A stretch of DNA of 62,922 nt, the filler included, from Choristocarpus tenellus KU-1152 (lineage: Eukaryota; Protista; Phaeophyceae): NCBI GenBank assembly GCA_964200185.2. It is 11 parts of 11 records of this genome, joined end to end, with 100 filler letters (N's around TTAATTAATTAA, not from the genome) between each part and the next. Parts side by side here need not be neighbours in the genome. Positions count along the whole stretch, not along the records: positions 45,057 to 55,417 come from CAXNAD020002971.1; positions 55,518 to 62,922 come from CAXNAD020006204.1; 9 more parts are not named here. One strand, 5' to 3'. Below, in pieces: positions 48,935-62,121 of this stretch. The translations under genes and the position numbers were made by a program. Positions within the stretch are counted from its first letter, which is position 1; each line of letters starts with the position of its first letter. The notes beneath the pieces are model-generated. The model saw only the letters and a program-made list of their open reading frames with translations, was not told the DNA's origin and did no database searches.

Positions 48935-51552
48935 ATGCCTGTGGAAAAAGAAGCCAGCATGGTGGTTAGCGCCGTTCTTCGCTCAAAAGCTAAGACTGTG
49001 CACTTCGTCCGACATGCCGAAGGTACTAGACACTCCCGCAACGTCCCTGCCACACATTCTGTGTTGAGCTATAGCTATTTCTCCACACTGAAGGAAAAGT
49101 ATGATATGATCCTACGCTATACACCTAATCCTAGTCAATTCGTTGTGAATGTGAACTGCTGGTTGCCCGATCTCGTCCCTGGACAGGAACTCACAACAAA
49201 GCGGCACTCACTGAGGGCAGAGCAGCATACAGTAAGATTGTGAGCATTCTTTACTTCTTGGCCTCAATAGTATCGCCTGAGTGAAGAAATTTAGACTGAT
49301 TGGGTAATGAATTTTGGTGTAGAACTTGGGCGCGGGTGTTGTGTCGAGTTGCATAGGCGAAGTCTTTGTTCGAAGTCAATCCGGACCTACAACTTGGGAC
49401 CGGGTGGTTTCTACACCTGTATCTGCAGTCGAAGTCTTCAGTACGGGGCTGATGCGGACCTATGGTAGGGCTGCTTTGCTTTCCGGGCTGGAAATGAAGC
49501 CCCACCTCAATCAGTCGCTATTTTCTGTTTGCTTTGCAACATGTTTAACGGTGAGGTACCTAAGGCCTCTCCACGTGAGTTGGTCTCCAGAAATGCCACC
49601 ACCTGCAGCACATGCGTGAATTTTGCATGTATTTCAACAAATCACAGGAACACCTGGATGCTAGACTGACGGACGTGGGGATAGAGCAGTGTAAAGCTCT
49701 ACGAGAAACAATCCATGGCATTAGAGAGGAAGCACAGCTGGTCGTGGTATCCCCTCTCTCCCGCGCGTTGCAGACTGCCCTTCTCACCTTCGACCAGGTA
49801 TTACGGCTGTAAATCGTCAAGTTGTGATCCCTCTAGGAGAATACACAAGTCAGAGGTGAAACAGGTAGGCATAGACATATTTTTGTTTCACACCTGTCAT
49901 AGATTACAAGATGGATCGGATGGGAATTTAGGGATGAATTTCGCCACTGAGAGAGGTGGCACATGCTTTGTTTGGCTTGCATGAATTAGCAAGGATTAAC
50001 ACTCTTGTCTGGTCCCCAAGGTGCCTCATGATCGCAGCAATCAGTTCCCTCAAACCTAGTTGGGATCCGTTTGGTAATGAACCGCAAGTTGAAGTCAGAG
50101 ATGGCACTAGAGATGCATGTTAGAGCACGATTTGGCACAGCACTTCCTCCTTCATGAACCTTTCCCTCCCCCTGCTGGTGGTGTGGAAACTGCACAAATA
50201 TCTTTTCCAGGTCGAAGGTATTCCTTGGATTGCACTTGAGTGTGTACGAGAGCGGGCAGGGGGGCATTTTTGTGACAGAAGGAGGTAAGAGTTTCTAGAA
50301 TATGTTGCACAGGGGTGCTTCCCCTCAGCCAACACCTTGAGGTGTTGGCTACTGCATTTGATTTTGATATTCTGAATCGTTTGGATTTTTTCTCCATTTG
50401 CTGTTTTAAGCGTTTGGTTGAGATCAAGTCTCATGTACTCTGGTCCAGCCTGTATGCAATGTGTGGTTATGGGCCTGTTTTTAGAACGCATGGATGTGAT
50501 GACATCACTTCATATTCCGCCTCTCCCTTCCGAACACAGGGTGCTGTCAGAGCTAAAGCAGGAGTTTCCAACCATCACCTGGGATGAAATTAAGGAGGAG
50601 GAGGACACCTACTGGGATGGCTTTGGGGAGGGTCGTGAAACAGATGAAACACTCAAAAGACGTGCATATGAGCTCTTCCGCTGGCTCAAGGACAGGCCTG
50701 AGACCAACATTGCAGTGGTGAGCAATAGCCTGTTGACAGGCTTGGAATTGATATAACCTAGAACTGCTTATATCGGTATATCAATTATATCCCACTGAAG
50801 GGATAGGGTGGGATCGGTATTGGCTATTTGGTGGGGTACATCTACAGAGGTGTAGAATTAGGATTGCTGTGTGAGAAGGACACTTGTTTAGTACTGCACC
50901 TTTAGGAAAGTCAAGAATGTCACATTTTATGTGTGGGAGAGGTTCACACCGTAGTTTGCTCTTGTGACTGTTGTGTTGGTATCATACCAGCACAGTGTTA
51001 TATACCAACACAGTGTTGAACCAGAACTGTGGTTCTTGGTGATCTGTATGTTCTTTCACGCCTCTGGCTTTCCTGCGCTGTTGCAGGTTATGGTGAAACG
51101 TGTTCTGGTGGTACATCCCAACCCATGGACTCTCTCTGCCGTTGCTTTTTTTGTCACTCATAGAAGCAGGCCTAGAGGTCGCATATATTGCCTACAGCGA
51201 CTGTCCCAAGATTTTTTTCATTTGAAAGTCTTGTGAAAGTGTACCTTCAGCCCAGAGCAACTTGTAGTGTTTCTTGCAGCGATGGGATGGTCACTTTACA
51301 TACACTGTGGCTGCATTTTTTGTGCTTTCAACAGCACCACATATTTTGCAGGCATTGCACCCTCGCTCCCCAACACCACCATCAAATTTTCTGAATTTAG
51401 TTCTTGTCTATGGTACTTGTATGCTGTTCTGTGTGAAGGTGACGCACAGTGCCTTCTTATCGTGCATGTTCAACAAGGCGGTCACCTGCAGCAGTGACCT
51501 GTCCAAGTGGTTCAACAACTGCGAGCTCAGGACTGTACTTCTGGACTTTTAG
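48935..51552 (+). CDS. Histidine phosphatase / phosphoglycerate mutase-like protein, complete, 218 aa (exons 48935-49022, 49187-49239, 49648-49797, 50211-50284, 50540-50717, 51439-51552)
   Basis: VHFVRHAEGTHN, DARLTDVG, VSPLSRALQT, RERAGGHFCDRRR, RET, IAVVTHSAFL, FNNCELR motifs; exon lengths sum to 657 nt in frame; all GT-AG. Confidence 0.93.
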
Positions 51553-54500
51553 TTCGGAGTGTCTGTTGTATTAGGATATAGGTGGTACTTTCAGGGACTT
51601 GTGTGGATGCAGTAAAGGTAGACCTAACCAAATGAGGTGTTGCCATGCCCCCGCTACAGGTGGCCTTGGTGAGGACTGAAATTTTACTTTTTGATTGTAG
51701 TATTTTAAACTCTGGAGTTTGCCAATGAGTGTCTTGTAATAGAGGGGATGATACTGAATGCGATTTTTGTAGCTAGACGTATGCCTGCCAGAGGCTAAGA
51801 TTGCTTGGGTATGTCCTAGAGGAGGTTGAGCAGTCCTATTTTGTTCTTTGAGTGAGCCATGCTGCCACCTGGCGATTGTAGACCATAATGTCTATGTTGG
51901 GTGTTAGGGATGTAAGTAATCATGTTTCACATTCCGTGGTGTTGGTAGGGGATGAACATGGAACATGTGTTGAGTTGTGTGCCCTATCTGAAGCCTGTTG
52001 GGTGATGATAGAGTGCCGGCTTACTTCAGATTTGGCATGGTGTGTATGCGATCCTGTGTGAGAGCACAAGATCATCGGTCTTTATTGGCTTCAGAAAGGT
52101 CAATGCTGTGTAGAGGTGTAGCGGACCATGTTGTCGGTACCTATTATTATTATTTTTTTCCCTTTCGTCCTTTGTCTATCAATCCTTTGAGCTTATTTGT
52201 TCCTGTTACAGGTTGATTTTTTGCGTTTCTTTTGATGTGTGCTTGTGCTACAAACAGTGTGAATTTTGTTGTGAAGATCTTTTGAGTGTCCCTATGGTCG
52301 CATGCGATGAGTTCAAGTTAAACAGAGGTATTTTCTGCAAGGTACCCAGAGTTGTATTTTAAGGGTATTTTCTGAAATGCATCGAAAGCTTTTAAACAAC
52401 AGGGAAATCAACCCTCTCAGGTCAACCTTAGCACTTCATCCTTAGAAATATGGGTGAGTTGCAAAAGGTCGAGAAACTGACTTGTAATGCAAAACGCTCA
52501 AATGCTGGGTACCTCTTTTTATCTACTTTGGCTTGATAGAATTTGAAATTTGAACCTCTTTGTTTTTGAAGTGGTGCTTGTATTGGATCTTTTGCCGAGT
52601 CAGGCCTGCTTTGTCTGAGAGTAGTGATCCTTTTATTCTCGGATACATCAATAGGGCTATGCAGATTTAAAAAAAAAATAATTCCAAGAAGTGAGTTTGA
52701 AAACCTGGTCTTAACTCTACAATACTCAAGGCGATCAAATATGGCCTCTGGTCTCGTATTCTGTGTGGAAGTACTTGATTGAGTTGCGACTCTCTTCAAG
52801 TCTGATCCAATGTGACATATGCTCACATCTTACTGCCTGGCATTCATTATCACGTTTTTGTCCCTGGTTTTCAATTATTGAACATGGACACAGAAGGCAC
52901 CATGGGAACGATCTTCATCAAGGTATTCATTGCCCATAAAAGATACGACATGGATATGGCACCTGGCACAAGCTGTGGAAGCAGTTTGCATCATCGCGAT
53001 TCCTGTTGTGGGTTAATTATTCTAGTTTGGGACACTTCACAGGGTAGGTTACTGAAATTTTGATGCAGACTGCATGAGTTATCTTCCGGGTGGCAGACCC
53101 CCAAAGATAGATCCCCAAGAGCATTATTTGACGTCAATCATCAGCAATACAAAATACAGTACATGCAGAATAGTAAGCAAAGTAAAAAGATAGCTAACGA
53201 ACTTCAGCCAGCCTCTACCTCCAGCTGAAGTATAGTTGAGGTCACAATTGCACAGTTTTAACCCACTTCTTCTCTTGGCAGCACAAGGTAGAGTACCTTG
53301 GACAACCCTCAAGTGCATTTTGAAGCAGTAGGAGGCAGAGAGCGAGGTAGACATCACCAACCCCAGTGCAAATACACCATGCAAGGTGTTTCTCTTGCTG
53401 CAGGCAGCCTCGGAAATATACTATTCGTAGTTTTTTTGTTGTTGTTGTAGCTGCATTCAAAACAGTGGGTCAGGTTGCAAACGGCTTGCCAGTAGTGGTA
53501 GAGCAAAAATGTAGGTGCCTGCCTTTTAGTTCAGAGGATGCCAAGATGACAATACAATGATAACTTCACGGACAGGGCACATACTCTTATTCCTGCTGCT
53601 GCTTGTTTCAATCTGTACTTGTGCAGCGAACAATATCAAGGCATCCACTCCTACTGTTGTTGTTTTGCACACCATGGAAAATGTAACCCTCAACTCACAT
53701 ATAACAGAAAGTATCAATTTGAACGCTGTACAGTGTATGACTAAGCCTTTTCTGGAAATATATTGAGCAGACATATGGCCACGAACGAGTGTTGTCCTAG
53801 ACAACAACATGATATGTTACGGACCAAATCGACTCAAGCGTTTGCAGGACAATGGACGTTACATAGCAAATGGAGCCGAGTATTGTTCATAGAGGTGTGA
53901 GTTGTACCGACAATTTGGATAAATCACAGTACATTGAAACAGAAAATTGAGTAACAGGTTGACTAATTTCCTACTACTTCTGTAGAGTGTGTGGAGCACA
54001 AAAACAAGAGCACTAAACACTTCCACGAGACTATGAGCCGTTGATGTTCACAGATACTCTCAAGAGATGGTGAGTATCTACATGAGTACCATGATATCAA
54101 CACATCTGCCACATAAGCTCTTCGGCATGTAGAGAATGATGGTAAGAAATAAGGAAAAATATTAGGATAGTATAGTATCATAGAGAGGGGGTGCCATTGT
54201 TGTTCAGGGACCTCCGTGACTGCTTTGTAAATTTGATTTTTATGTGTGGGATTGGGCTCTCGCAAAAGATGATTCCATTACATTGGGCACCTTACACACC
54301 CACCAACTCCTGGTGAGGTCATCTACATTTGGTCCACGAAAATTGGGTATCAGGCAACATTTTATGAACCCCCTAAAATAATAAAATGACCAAAATGCAC
54401 CGCCATCTAGATACTTTGGCGCAGGCAAAGACGAAGAGCCTTACATGAACCTAGTTGAGTTGATAACTGAGCAGCAGAAGTGTAGAAGTAATCGAGAGGT

Positions 54501-57186
54501 AGGTAGGTTTTGGCCCTTTCGCACTTAACCTATTTTTGTGACCCCAGGTAGAATACAACCTGTTCCATTGCTCTATTCGCACGATTGAGTCAGCAATATC
54601 GATATTTCCCCTATCTGCACACAAAATGACATCACAATTCGGCAAAGGCCTTTTCGGAATTGTGTAAAAAGGCGCCTTTTGACTATTTCTCAGGATCCTT
54701 CCTCAGAGTCACACTTCCTCAGAGTCATACGCACAGGTGATCGAGTCACCAGTTGTTTTGTAGATTTAGAATAGATGCATTCTCCTTGTCACATGGGATT
54801 GGATAACTTGATTCAACCATAGTAATTCCGTGAAAATAAGTTATTGATGAAAGGGGTTCGAACCAAAGAAATTGAAGCAAGAATCCGTCACCTTAACAAT
54901 TTACCACCCGTTATTGTATATGAACATTGTACACGAAGAATCCCAGACAGAGCCAGTGCGTAAACTTCCATACCTTCTTCCTTATTTCTTTTAGAGTGTA
55001 CCAAAAACGTAATTGTTTCACAACTACTAATACTGTTTGAGTGTTGTAGAAACCTTTGTAAAGTTGACAATCTTATCTGAACCCTGTCTGTCGTGGAGAA
55101 GGGTTCCCACCTATGACTTGGCGTCCAGTGTTCTCCAGGCTATTGGTTGTGGGTATGTCCTTTTACTTGCTAGATTGTATGTTTCTGGCATCTGTTCATG
55201 GAGTTGCTTGTTCAAATCTGCTGCCAACATGTTCACAATTCGACCACACTTTTCAGGTACACACCATCGAAAAATCCCACTGAAATTGTCCGAGCTTTTG
55301 GTGTCTAGGCCTTGCTCTTCTTTCTCCTCACCTTCAACTGCCACGGTGAAGGCTGTCCAACCCCCGAGAGCTGTCATCGAGGTGTGAGACGTAATGTGTC
55401 GCAGGTGTACGCCCATGNNNNNNNNNNNNNNNNNNNNNNNNNNNNNNNNNNNNNNNNNNNNTTAATTAATTAANNNNNNNNNNNNNNNNNNNNNNNNNNN
55501 NNNNNNNNNNNNNNNNNCACCACGTGCAACCAAACCAACCCAAAAAAGTAAAAATCGAAAAAAGGTTGAAAACCGGACTCCACCCCCCCCCCCCCCCAGA
55601 TACTTTGATCCTTATATTTGTGCTTTTGTAACATCTCTATCCTGTATTCCTCAACCCTGGGAAGTTTTGCACCCCATATTGTCGAAAGGTATCATATTTC
55701 ATGCTCACATTTGTCTTAATTTATCGCACCACTACACATATCAGAAAATAGTGCACAAAAACAAGGTAAAAGTGTGGGTGAGGTGGGTCTAACGAATTCA
55801 TTGCATTTTATCGACCACCCAACAATGTATCCATTATTGTACTATGTGAGGAGTAAGTACCACTAATCTGGAAGATCGGAGTTGTGCCACATTATCTCTC
55901 TCGCATTTCTTTTCTTATGCGTGCGTTATTTTCAGGGCTAATCCCCCATTCTTTGTCAATAGGGCCCAGCATGACACAATCACGATCTCCCCCAGTCACC
56001 TCCAGAGTGGTTCCTTGTCACAAGTTTTTCCTTATGACTACTTGTGTAGCACAGACCCCACACCCACATTGATCCGGTCAGCTTTCTCCCTCTCCTTCAA
56101 CTTCCTTGTAACGCAAAACATGGAAAAGGCACAGCACCCAGAGCATGCGATGCTCCCCAAAGAAATAGGTGCAATTGTGAGGTAATCCTTGCTGCCTTCC
56201 TGTTCAGAATGCCAGCACTGAGTAAGTCGTGTGCCTTTAGCTATCGTAAGTTTCCTTCGGCACCGAATTGCACACAATTAAAGTATGCACCAACAGATAC
56301 CATCTTGGCACCACCTCAAATACTATAAACAGGCTTTCACAATTTCCGAACATAGAACCCTAATATCTCCAGCCGTCTGACATGGTATCATCTAGGCTTT
56401 TGGTCAGAGTAAAACCACCAAAGATGAGGAATGATCTTGGGTCTTTTGAACCTTGGCAAGATACTCCATGCCCATACCTGAAGTCCCTTTAGGAGGGTGT
56501 AGCCGTAGAAGAACAATAGCTATGTACACATTATTAGCTGAAACGTTACTGCACCGTGCTGAAAATGCATGTAACCTCAAGGCATTCATAGGTCTAGTTA
56601 AAACTCAGCAAAACCTCCTTCTTAGCTGACATCACTCTCAAAGTTTCGTTGTCCCAATTGCTTGCCAGAGTATGTGGCGTTTTGAGTGCATCCTGTGTAT
56701 GTTTTGGTTCCTACTTCAAAAAAAAAAAACATTTCCAGGGAGCTTTCCACTTAAGGAATGTTCTTTCGCACAACGAGAGTAAGTTGCCCATCCATTATCA
56801 TCATCAAAGCAGCCGTGCAAAGATATTTTTGACACGTGCAGGTTCTCTATATTTTCTGGGGAACCTCTCTTTGGTACAAATACATGTATTGTTTCCATAT
56901 AATCAGTGGCACTGTTATCAACTAGAAAATCGTCCTCCAGTGACTACTGCTACAGTTTGTCACGTTAGAGCTTCGGAATATGCTGAAGTTGTCTTCCCAA
57001 TAGTGCTTAACATTTCAAAGTTCTCCAAGGTACAGCCACACACAGCATCAAAGGTACAACCAAGGAATATTTCACTTCACACCGCCAAATTGCACACAGT
57101 CAAAAAAACATTTCTCATGCACCATGCCCTCATCAATGTGCCAGCCCTTGTCTCCCTTGCAGCATTTGCCATGGTAGGCTCGCCTA

Positions 57187-59603
57187 TCAGGTCTTGAGCT
57201 CTCCAATGTAATGCTGTGCAAGAATCTCCAAGGCTTGAGTTGGGTGCTGCGGGCCATGCATTCCCTTGCTAGAGTCTCCTCCTGCATTCCTCAGCATGGC
57301 ATCACCTCCAGGATGGGCATTGAGGTAGGGTGTCACATCGTACACCTAAGATGAGCAACACCACCACTTGACATGTGAGCTTTTGCCAGTTGGACCATAA
57401 AATCAACAGTTCTCTTCAGTCAGACTGTAAGACATTACTGCATTGTGTTCAATGGGTATCGTCTATACATCAGCAACACATCAACTTCCACTATGATAAT
57501 AGTTGATTGGTCCATCAAGCATATGAGTCCATTGGTTGCCAAAATCCTCAAATGATAATGGAGCATTCACCCCATGCAGGTTTTGGCAGTGACAAAACGA
57601 TTTCAACACATCCTCAAGCAAGAGCAGGGCACAAGAGCTACTCTGCAAAATCTCAGGGTACCTTGCCATCAACAATGATCCATGCATCGTCCTCAGTGGA
57701 GTGCTTCGCAACCTCTGATGCTGTGAAAGGTCCACTATGTTTCAATTTCGCAAGGGGGTTTCGCAGAGCGCTGGAGGCCTGCAGGGTAATTTCCATACCT
57801 TCCTGGAAAAAATGTAGTAGAGAAGTTCGTTACAGTGGAATGGCATGGCATCCAGGAACAGATACATCTGGGTTAATCACGAATATGGGTGCCTGCAGCA
57901 TGATAGTAGTTGGAGAGATTAGATCAAACTACAAATTACAAAGCAAGGGGGCCCTGGTTGGTTTCATGTATCCTCAACAAAGAAATCCACATAACAAGGT
58001 CATGTGAAAATATAGGTGAGCAGAAAAAGGAAAAATAGATCGTAGTTCAAAAGTTCACCAAACAAAGAGTCACTCATTCACAAGCAGTCAAAAATTATCA
58101 GTCCTATGTCTGTACCAACATCCGACATCCAATCCCTTAACCACACAGCAAACTTCCACAAGAAGGACACAATTAGAACCCAACACACCTTCCCCCCCAT
58201 CCCTTCTTCCTGTCACCCTTCCAACTCCCCCTTCTCCCCACCTGTTGCGTCCATATTGGCTCATACCCCAATTCCATCTTGGCACGGGCAATGCTGAAGT
58301 AGTGGAACTTTCCTTCCTCAGCCACCCTTCTGTGTGTCAGTGTGGGCTTGAAACCTATGAGGGGAGCCAATAGGAGTGATAAGAGGTGAAGCACTACAGA
58401 AAAAAACGTGGCCACCATTAGTGGCCACCCTGGGCCTGGTGCCCGATACCCCAGCCCAGCCAAGGCACGATTGACGAATTCACTATTTGGCGATGGCTCT
58501 CCATCGGTGACAAAGTAGGCCCGCCCTCCTGAAGCAGTTTGCACTCCGCTGTTCTTGTCACCAGTCACCTTCTTCCCCTGCGCCAAGGGCAAGAGGGTAT
58601 GCCCCGCAAGAAGGTGCGAATGGGCCACGTTCCCGACGTAGACATAATCTGTCACGTTTGATCCATCTCCGATTGCCTTCACTCCCCGTCGAGTTCTTGA
58701 AATCAACTCTGGGAGGAGGTGGTGGTCTCTAGGTCCGTATACAGTGGCAGGTCGCAAACTACAGGTTAACATACCCCCACCTGTCCCGTTGGCTCGGAGT
58801 ACCTCCTGCTCCGCCTCCGCTACCGCAGCAGAGAAGGGATCAAGAAACGTTGAGGGGTAAGGGACATCTTCCGTTGCTGCCTTCAGGTCCGTACCCCCAA
58901 ACACCACACTGCGGGGGAAAGGTTTAGTGTTTGGAGGTTCGGTGGAATGGGAGGGTGAAATTAACGATTGATCAAGTCTTGTGCCATAAGCATCGATCTT
59001 TGAATAGGAAAGGACAGAAATGGACGTGTAAGTGTTCGTCGCAACGTTTAGCCCCTCACAAAGAGGAAACATTTGTAGGGGAGGACTACAGGGCGATGGA
59101 GATATTCAACCCAGACCCAAGCCGTTCAAGTTATATCGTTCAAATTCCTAAATCTACGAATATATAGATGTCCTTAGATCCGACCTGGTGCAGCTTGTGT
59201 AAATGAAGAGCCGTATGCCCCCCGCTGAAGCAGCCTCCAACAAGTTTCGGGTCCCTGAAATCAAAGTGGAGGCATCCGCCTTCGAAAATCCTCCTGTGGG
59301 ACGTGTTGCGTGCATAATCACCTCCTGACCTGCGACAGCCTTTCGGCAGCAATCGATACTTGAGGCACAACCTTTAATATTTCCTGAAATTCCTCCTTCA
59401 AGGGGTTGGGCGCTACCGAATGTGGTGACCTTGCATCCCTTCTGGACGAGGGTGGACACGATCGTGTCAGCGATGAAGCCACCCGAGGAAACCAGTACCT
59501 TGGTCCCAGCTGAGAGACCAGGGTAGTCGACATTCTTGTGGATTACATTGGACGGAATTTCCCTCACGAGGATGGCGGGTAGGTCTGTAGTTCCAGTCGG
59601 CAT
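57187..59603 (-). CDS. NSDHL/ERG26-like (3-beta-HSD/decarboxylase) extended SDR lacking catalytic motifs, fused to C-terminal cytochrome b5; complete, 461 aa (exons 59603-59185, 58908-58242, 57802-57662, 57345-57187)
   Basis: SDR: [80 protein letters not shown]. Cytochrome b5: [18 protein letters not shown]|[18 protein letters not shown]...GPQHP...YIGEL. All GT-AG, 1386 nt in frame. Confidence 0.92.
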
Positions 59604-59831
59604 TGGTGTTCCTTTTTAGCGTGTAGCATCAGTTCCTTGCTCACATGGTTTATGATTTGATTTTATTGTACCATTAAATGTATAGTAGTAAGTCATGCGT
59701 TCCAGGTTGAGCTACAGAGCAGGACGTGATCCATTTTTTGTGGTTATCTTGTACATAAGTATCTTTTTGAGAGCGACGTACAATCACGTCTAACAAGTCT
59801 GAACCTTTGATCCAAATCCCACCTTGACCTC
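59604..59831. promoter_or_regulatory. Candidate bidirectional promoter (228 bp between divergent ATGs)
   Basis: ATG 59603 (-) and proposed ATG 59832 (+). Confidence 0.5.
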
Positions 59832-61333
59832 ATGGGAAATGTTGAGAGCGGTCCAGAGGGACCTTTTCAAGCAGTGGACTCACTGAAGCACCGCCTTCAT
59901 GCACTCGAGGAAACGATCCAGAGCATTGAGGCAAGTGGGACTATGTACACCTGGCCATGATCCAGAGTTGGTGGGCAAACCACGAGGTGTTGTATTTAGC
60001 ACAGATGTTGCATTCGATGCTGCCCTTATTTGTATATCAAAATCGGTCGTCACTTGGACAGTGATTGGAGGATTAATGGATATTTAATTTCCTCGAATTA
60101 GAATCACCTTGGCAAAGGTAACCTGGCTGCATTGTGCAATCGATTGGGGTCCTGTTATAGGGCAGCCATATTTTCGATCGAAGGTCAAAGATTTGGTAAG
60201 GGTTTCTCAGTGCAGGGTACTGGCCATCATTTTCATGATAAAATACTTCTTGAACGTCCAATAAATGTACATACTGTTTCTCTTTGCAAATCTCACGTGA
60301 TAGGCCACCCACCAGAATACCCTGGGGCACCACTTGATTTTACCCGACACCGCCGACGTCAATGCTCATGACCCTCGCCTTGCTTGCAATGAGGGAGTAC
60401 GCGTGCTAACGGGACCAGTCATAGGAGAAGTGACGGCAAATTCGGTGGTGAGACACTTGATACATAGCTGTAGAAGTAGGCAATGCATGACAAGATCCCA
60501 AGACTAGTCCCAAACCATTCCATATAGGCAATGTCGACCGTCCATACCGATCATGGTCTCAAAAGGTTGTTGGGTTGTGGTTTCCACTCAATGAATCATT
60601 ACGTCGTCAAATACAGGTGATCCTACTGGAGGTTGAGGTGGATCCAGCCCTGGGATCATCAACAAACGTAACATGTTTCGTTTCCCTTGTTGATGACAAC
60701 TGCCCCAGAGGACGTACTGTTAGTGTGACAGCTATTTGCATGCCCTCACACAGACCAAGGGTCTTCAGGGTCGGAGGAGGTGTCTCAGAGATCCTCTGGC
60801 CAGGACGAACATACACTGCATGCTTCGCTGGGGTACGAGCTACTGATGCACGAGCTCGTATAGGGAGGTTAGAACAAGGGTTGAAATGTGCATACTTCTG
60901 ACTTTCTTGCATCCATGAGGATTTAAAAAGGGCCGTGGACTAAAGAAGGACGAAAATAAGGATACTCTAGGGCTTCAAGCATTGTGTGCTTTAGATATCA
61001 ACAAGGGTGTCTTACAAGGTTTCCTCAACCGGTTTGTCATAGCTGGCCCATACTTCCTCTCCCAGGTGCAAGTGGAGATTTCCCGTACTGTAAAATGCTG
61101 AGGACTCCACAATTTGGACTACACAAGTGCACCAACCTTGACATCCCTCAACTCGGTTTCCCCACTACTCGGTCCTTGTTGACTTTGGCAGGTTTCGCAC
61201 TCCTGATACCTGCTTCAATGCTTCCCTGAGGGTATTAGCTGTAAGTGCAGACCGCCCAGATGTAGTTGCCCCAGGTGAGCCAATGCTATGGCGCCACCTC
61301 AGTGAACGGGTTTTGCGTGGGGAGCTGCCGAAG
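59832..61333 (+). CDS. PhoD-like (alkaline phosphatase D family) protein, N-terminal part (exons 59832-59930?, 60118-60195?, 60304-60447, 60617-60867, 61192-61333); continues beyond window
   Basis: GPVIGEVTANSV|VILLEV, L.PGRTY, IGR|FRTP, LRVLAVS, EPMLWRHL match the FN3-like N-domain and start of the PhoD metallophosphatase domain. Catalytic GDQVYAD is not in the window. The first two exons are less certain. Confidence 0.7.
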
Positions 61334-61544
61334 GTGGGTAGCAATTGAGTGAAGAGGAGGGATTTCTATCGGCAAGGGGGAAAGGGACATACTAGACTAG
61401 GCTGGTACTAGGGAAGGCACAAAATACACTCAAACGTAAGGAAATCCCATTCAAATTTTGTCATAGTCCCTCCTCTAATAGTGCATGTATATTTATTGCA
61501 TTGTTAATAATGGCTTGCACAGGCTGTGAATGACCTACAGTTAT

Positions 61545-61775
61545 GAGTGAAAGTATCTTAGAGGGTACGGTTTTCGCCCTGTTTGTCCATTTGGGGCTTA
61601 GCTTCCCGTGGGTTCTTTTAGGACATTTAGGTAAAATGTACGTTATGAAAAGGTGTGTTCGAAACATGGATATTGACACTCCTAACAACACAATAGCCGA
61701 AATTACATAGAAATCGCAAAATTGGATTTTGGCCCCCAAATGGACTCAGCTCTACACTCTAAGATACATTGGCTC
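61545..61775. mobile_element. MITE family A, slightly deleted copy
   Basis: gagtgaaagtatcttagagggtac ... ctctaagatacattggctc; flanks TAT/TAT. Confidence 0.9.
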
Positions 61776-62121
61776 TATCATACTACAAAGCATGCTGAGA
61801 AATAAGTTTAAGGTAGCAGGAAAGATCAATCACATACATTCAAAGCATGTGCAATTGCAAAGATTTCTTGGACAGATGAGAGGAGGGCATGATCACAGAG
61901 GTGATATATTCCATCCTCATTTTACGCAGATGATTGATATCACCAATTCTTACTTGTTTTGAACTTCCTCCGTTCGGAATTAAATGTAACATAAATTTTG
62001 AGCCCTGATGAAGAAGCAAAATATTTTATTACGTATTCATATTTTATGGGTGTATTGTGCAGCACTAAATGGTTGCCCACCAAAAACTCAAGAAAAATGG
62101 GGAGTGTACACCTGTCTATGA

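Noticed and set aside
53557-53766. Signal-peptide-like short ORF (HILLFLLLLVSICTCAA)
   Set aside because: Ends after 69 codons with no recognisable domain or convincing splice continuation.
8989-59603. Lipid/sterol gene cluster (acyl-CoA ligase, patatin, NSDHL-b5)
   Set aside because: The genes lie on different linker-joined contigs; no evidence of physical linkage.
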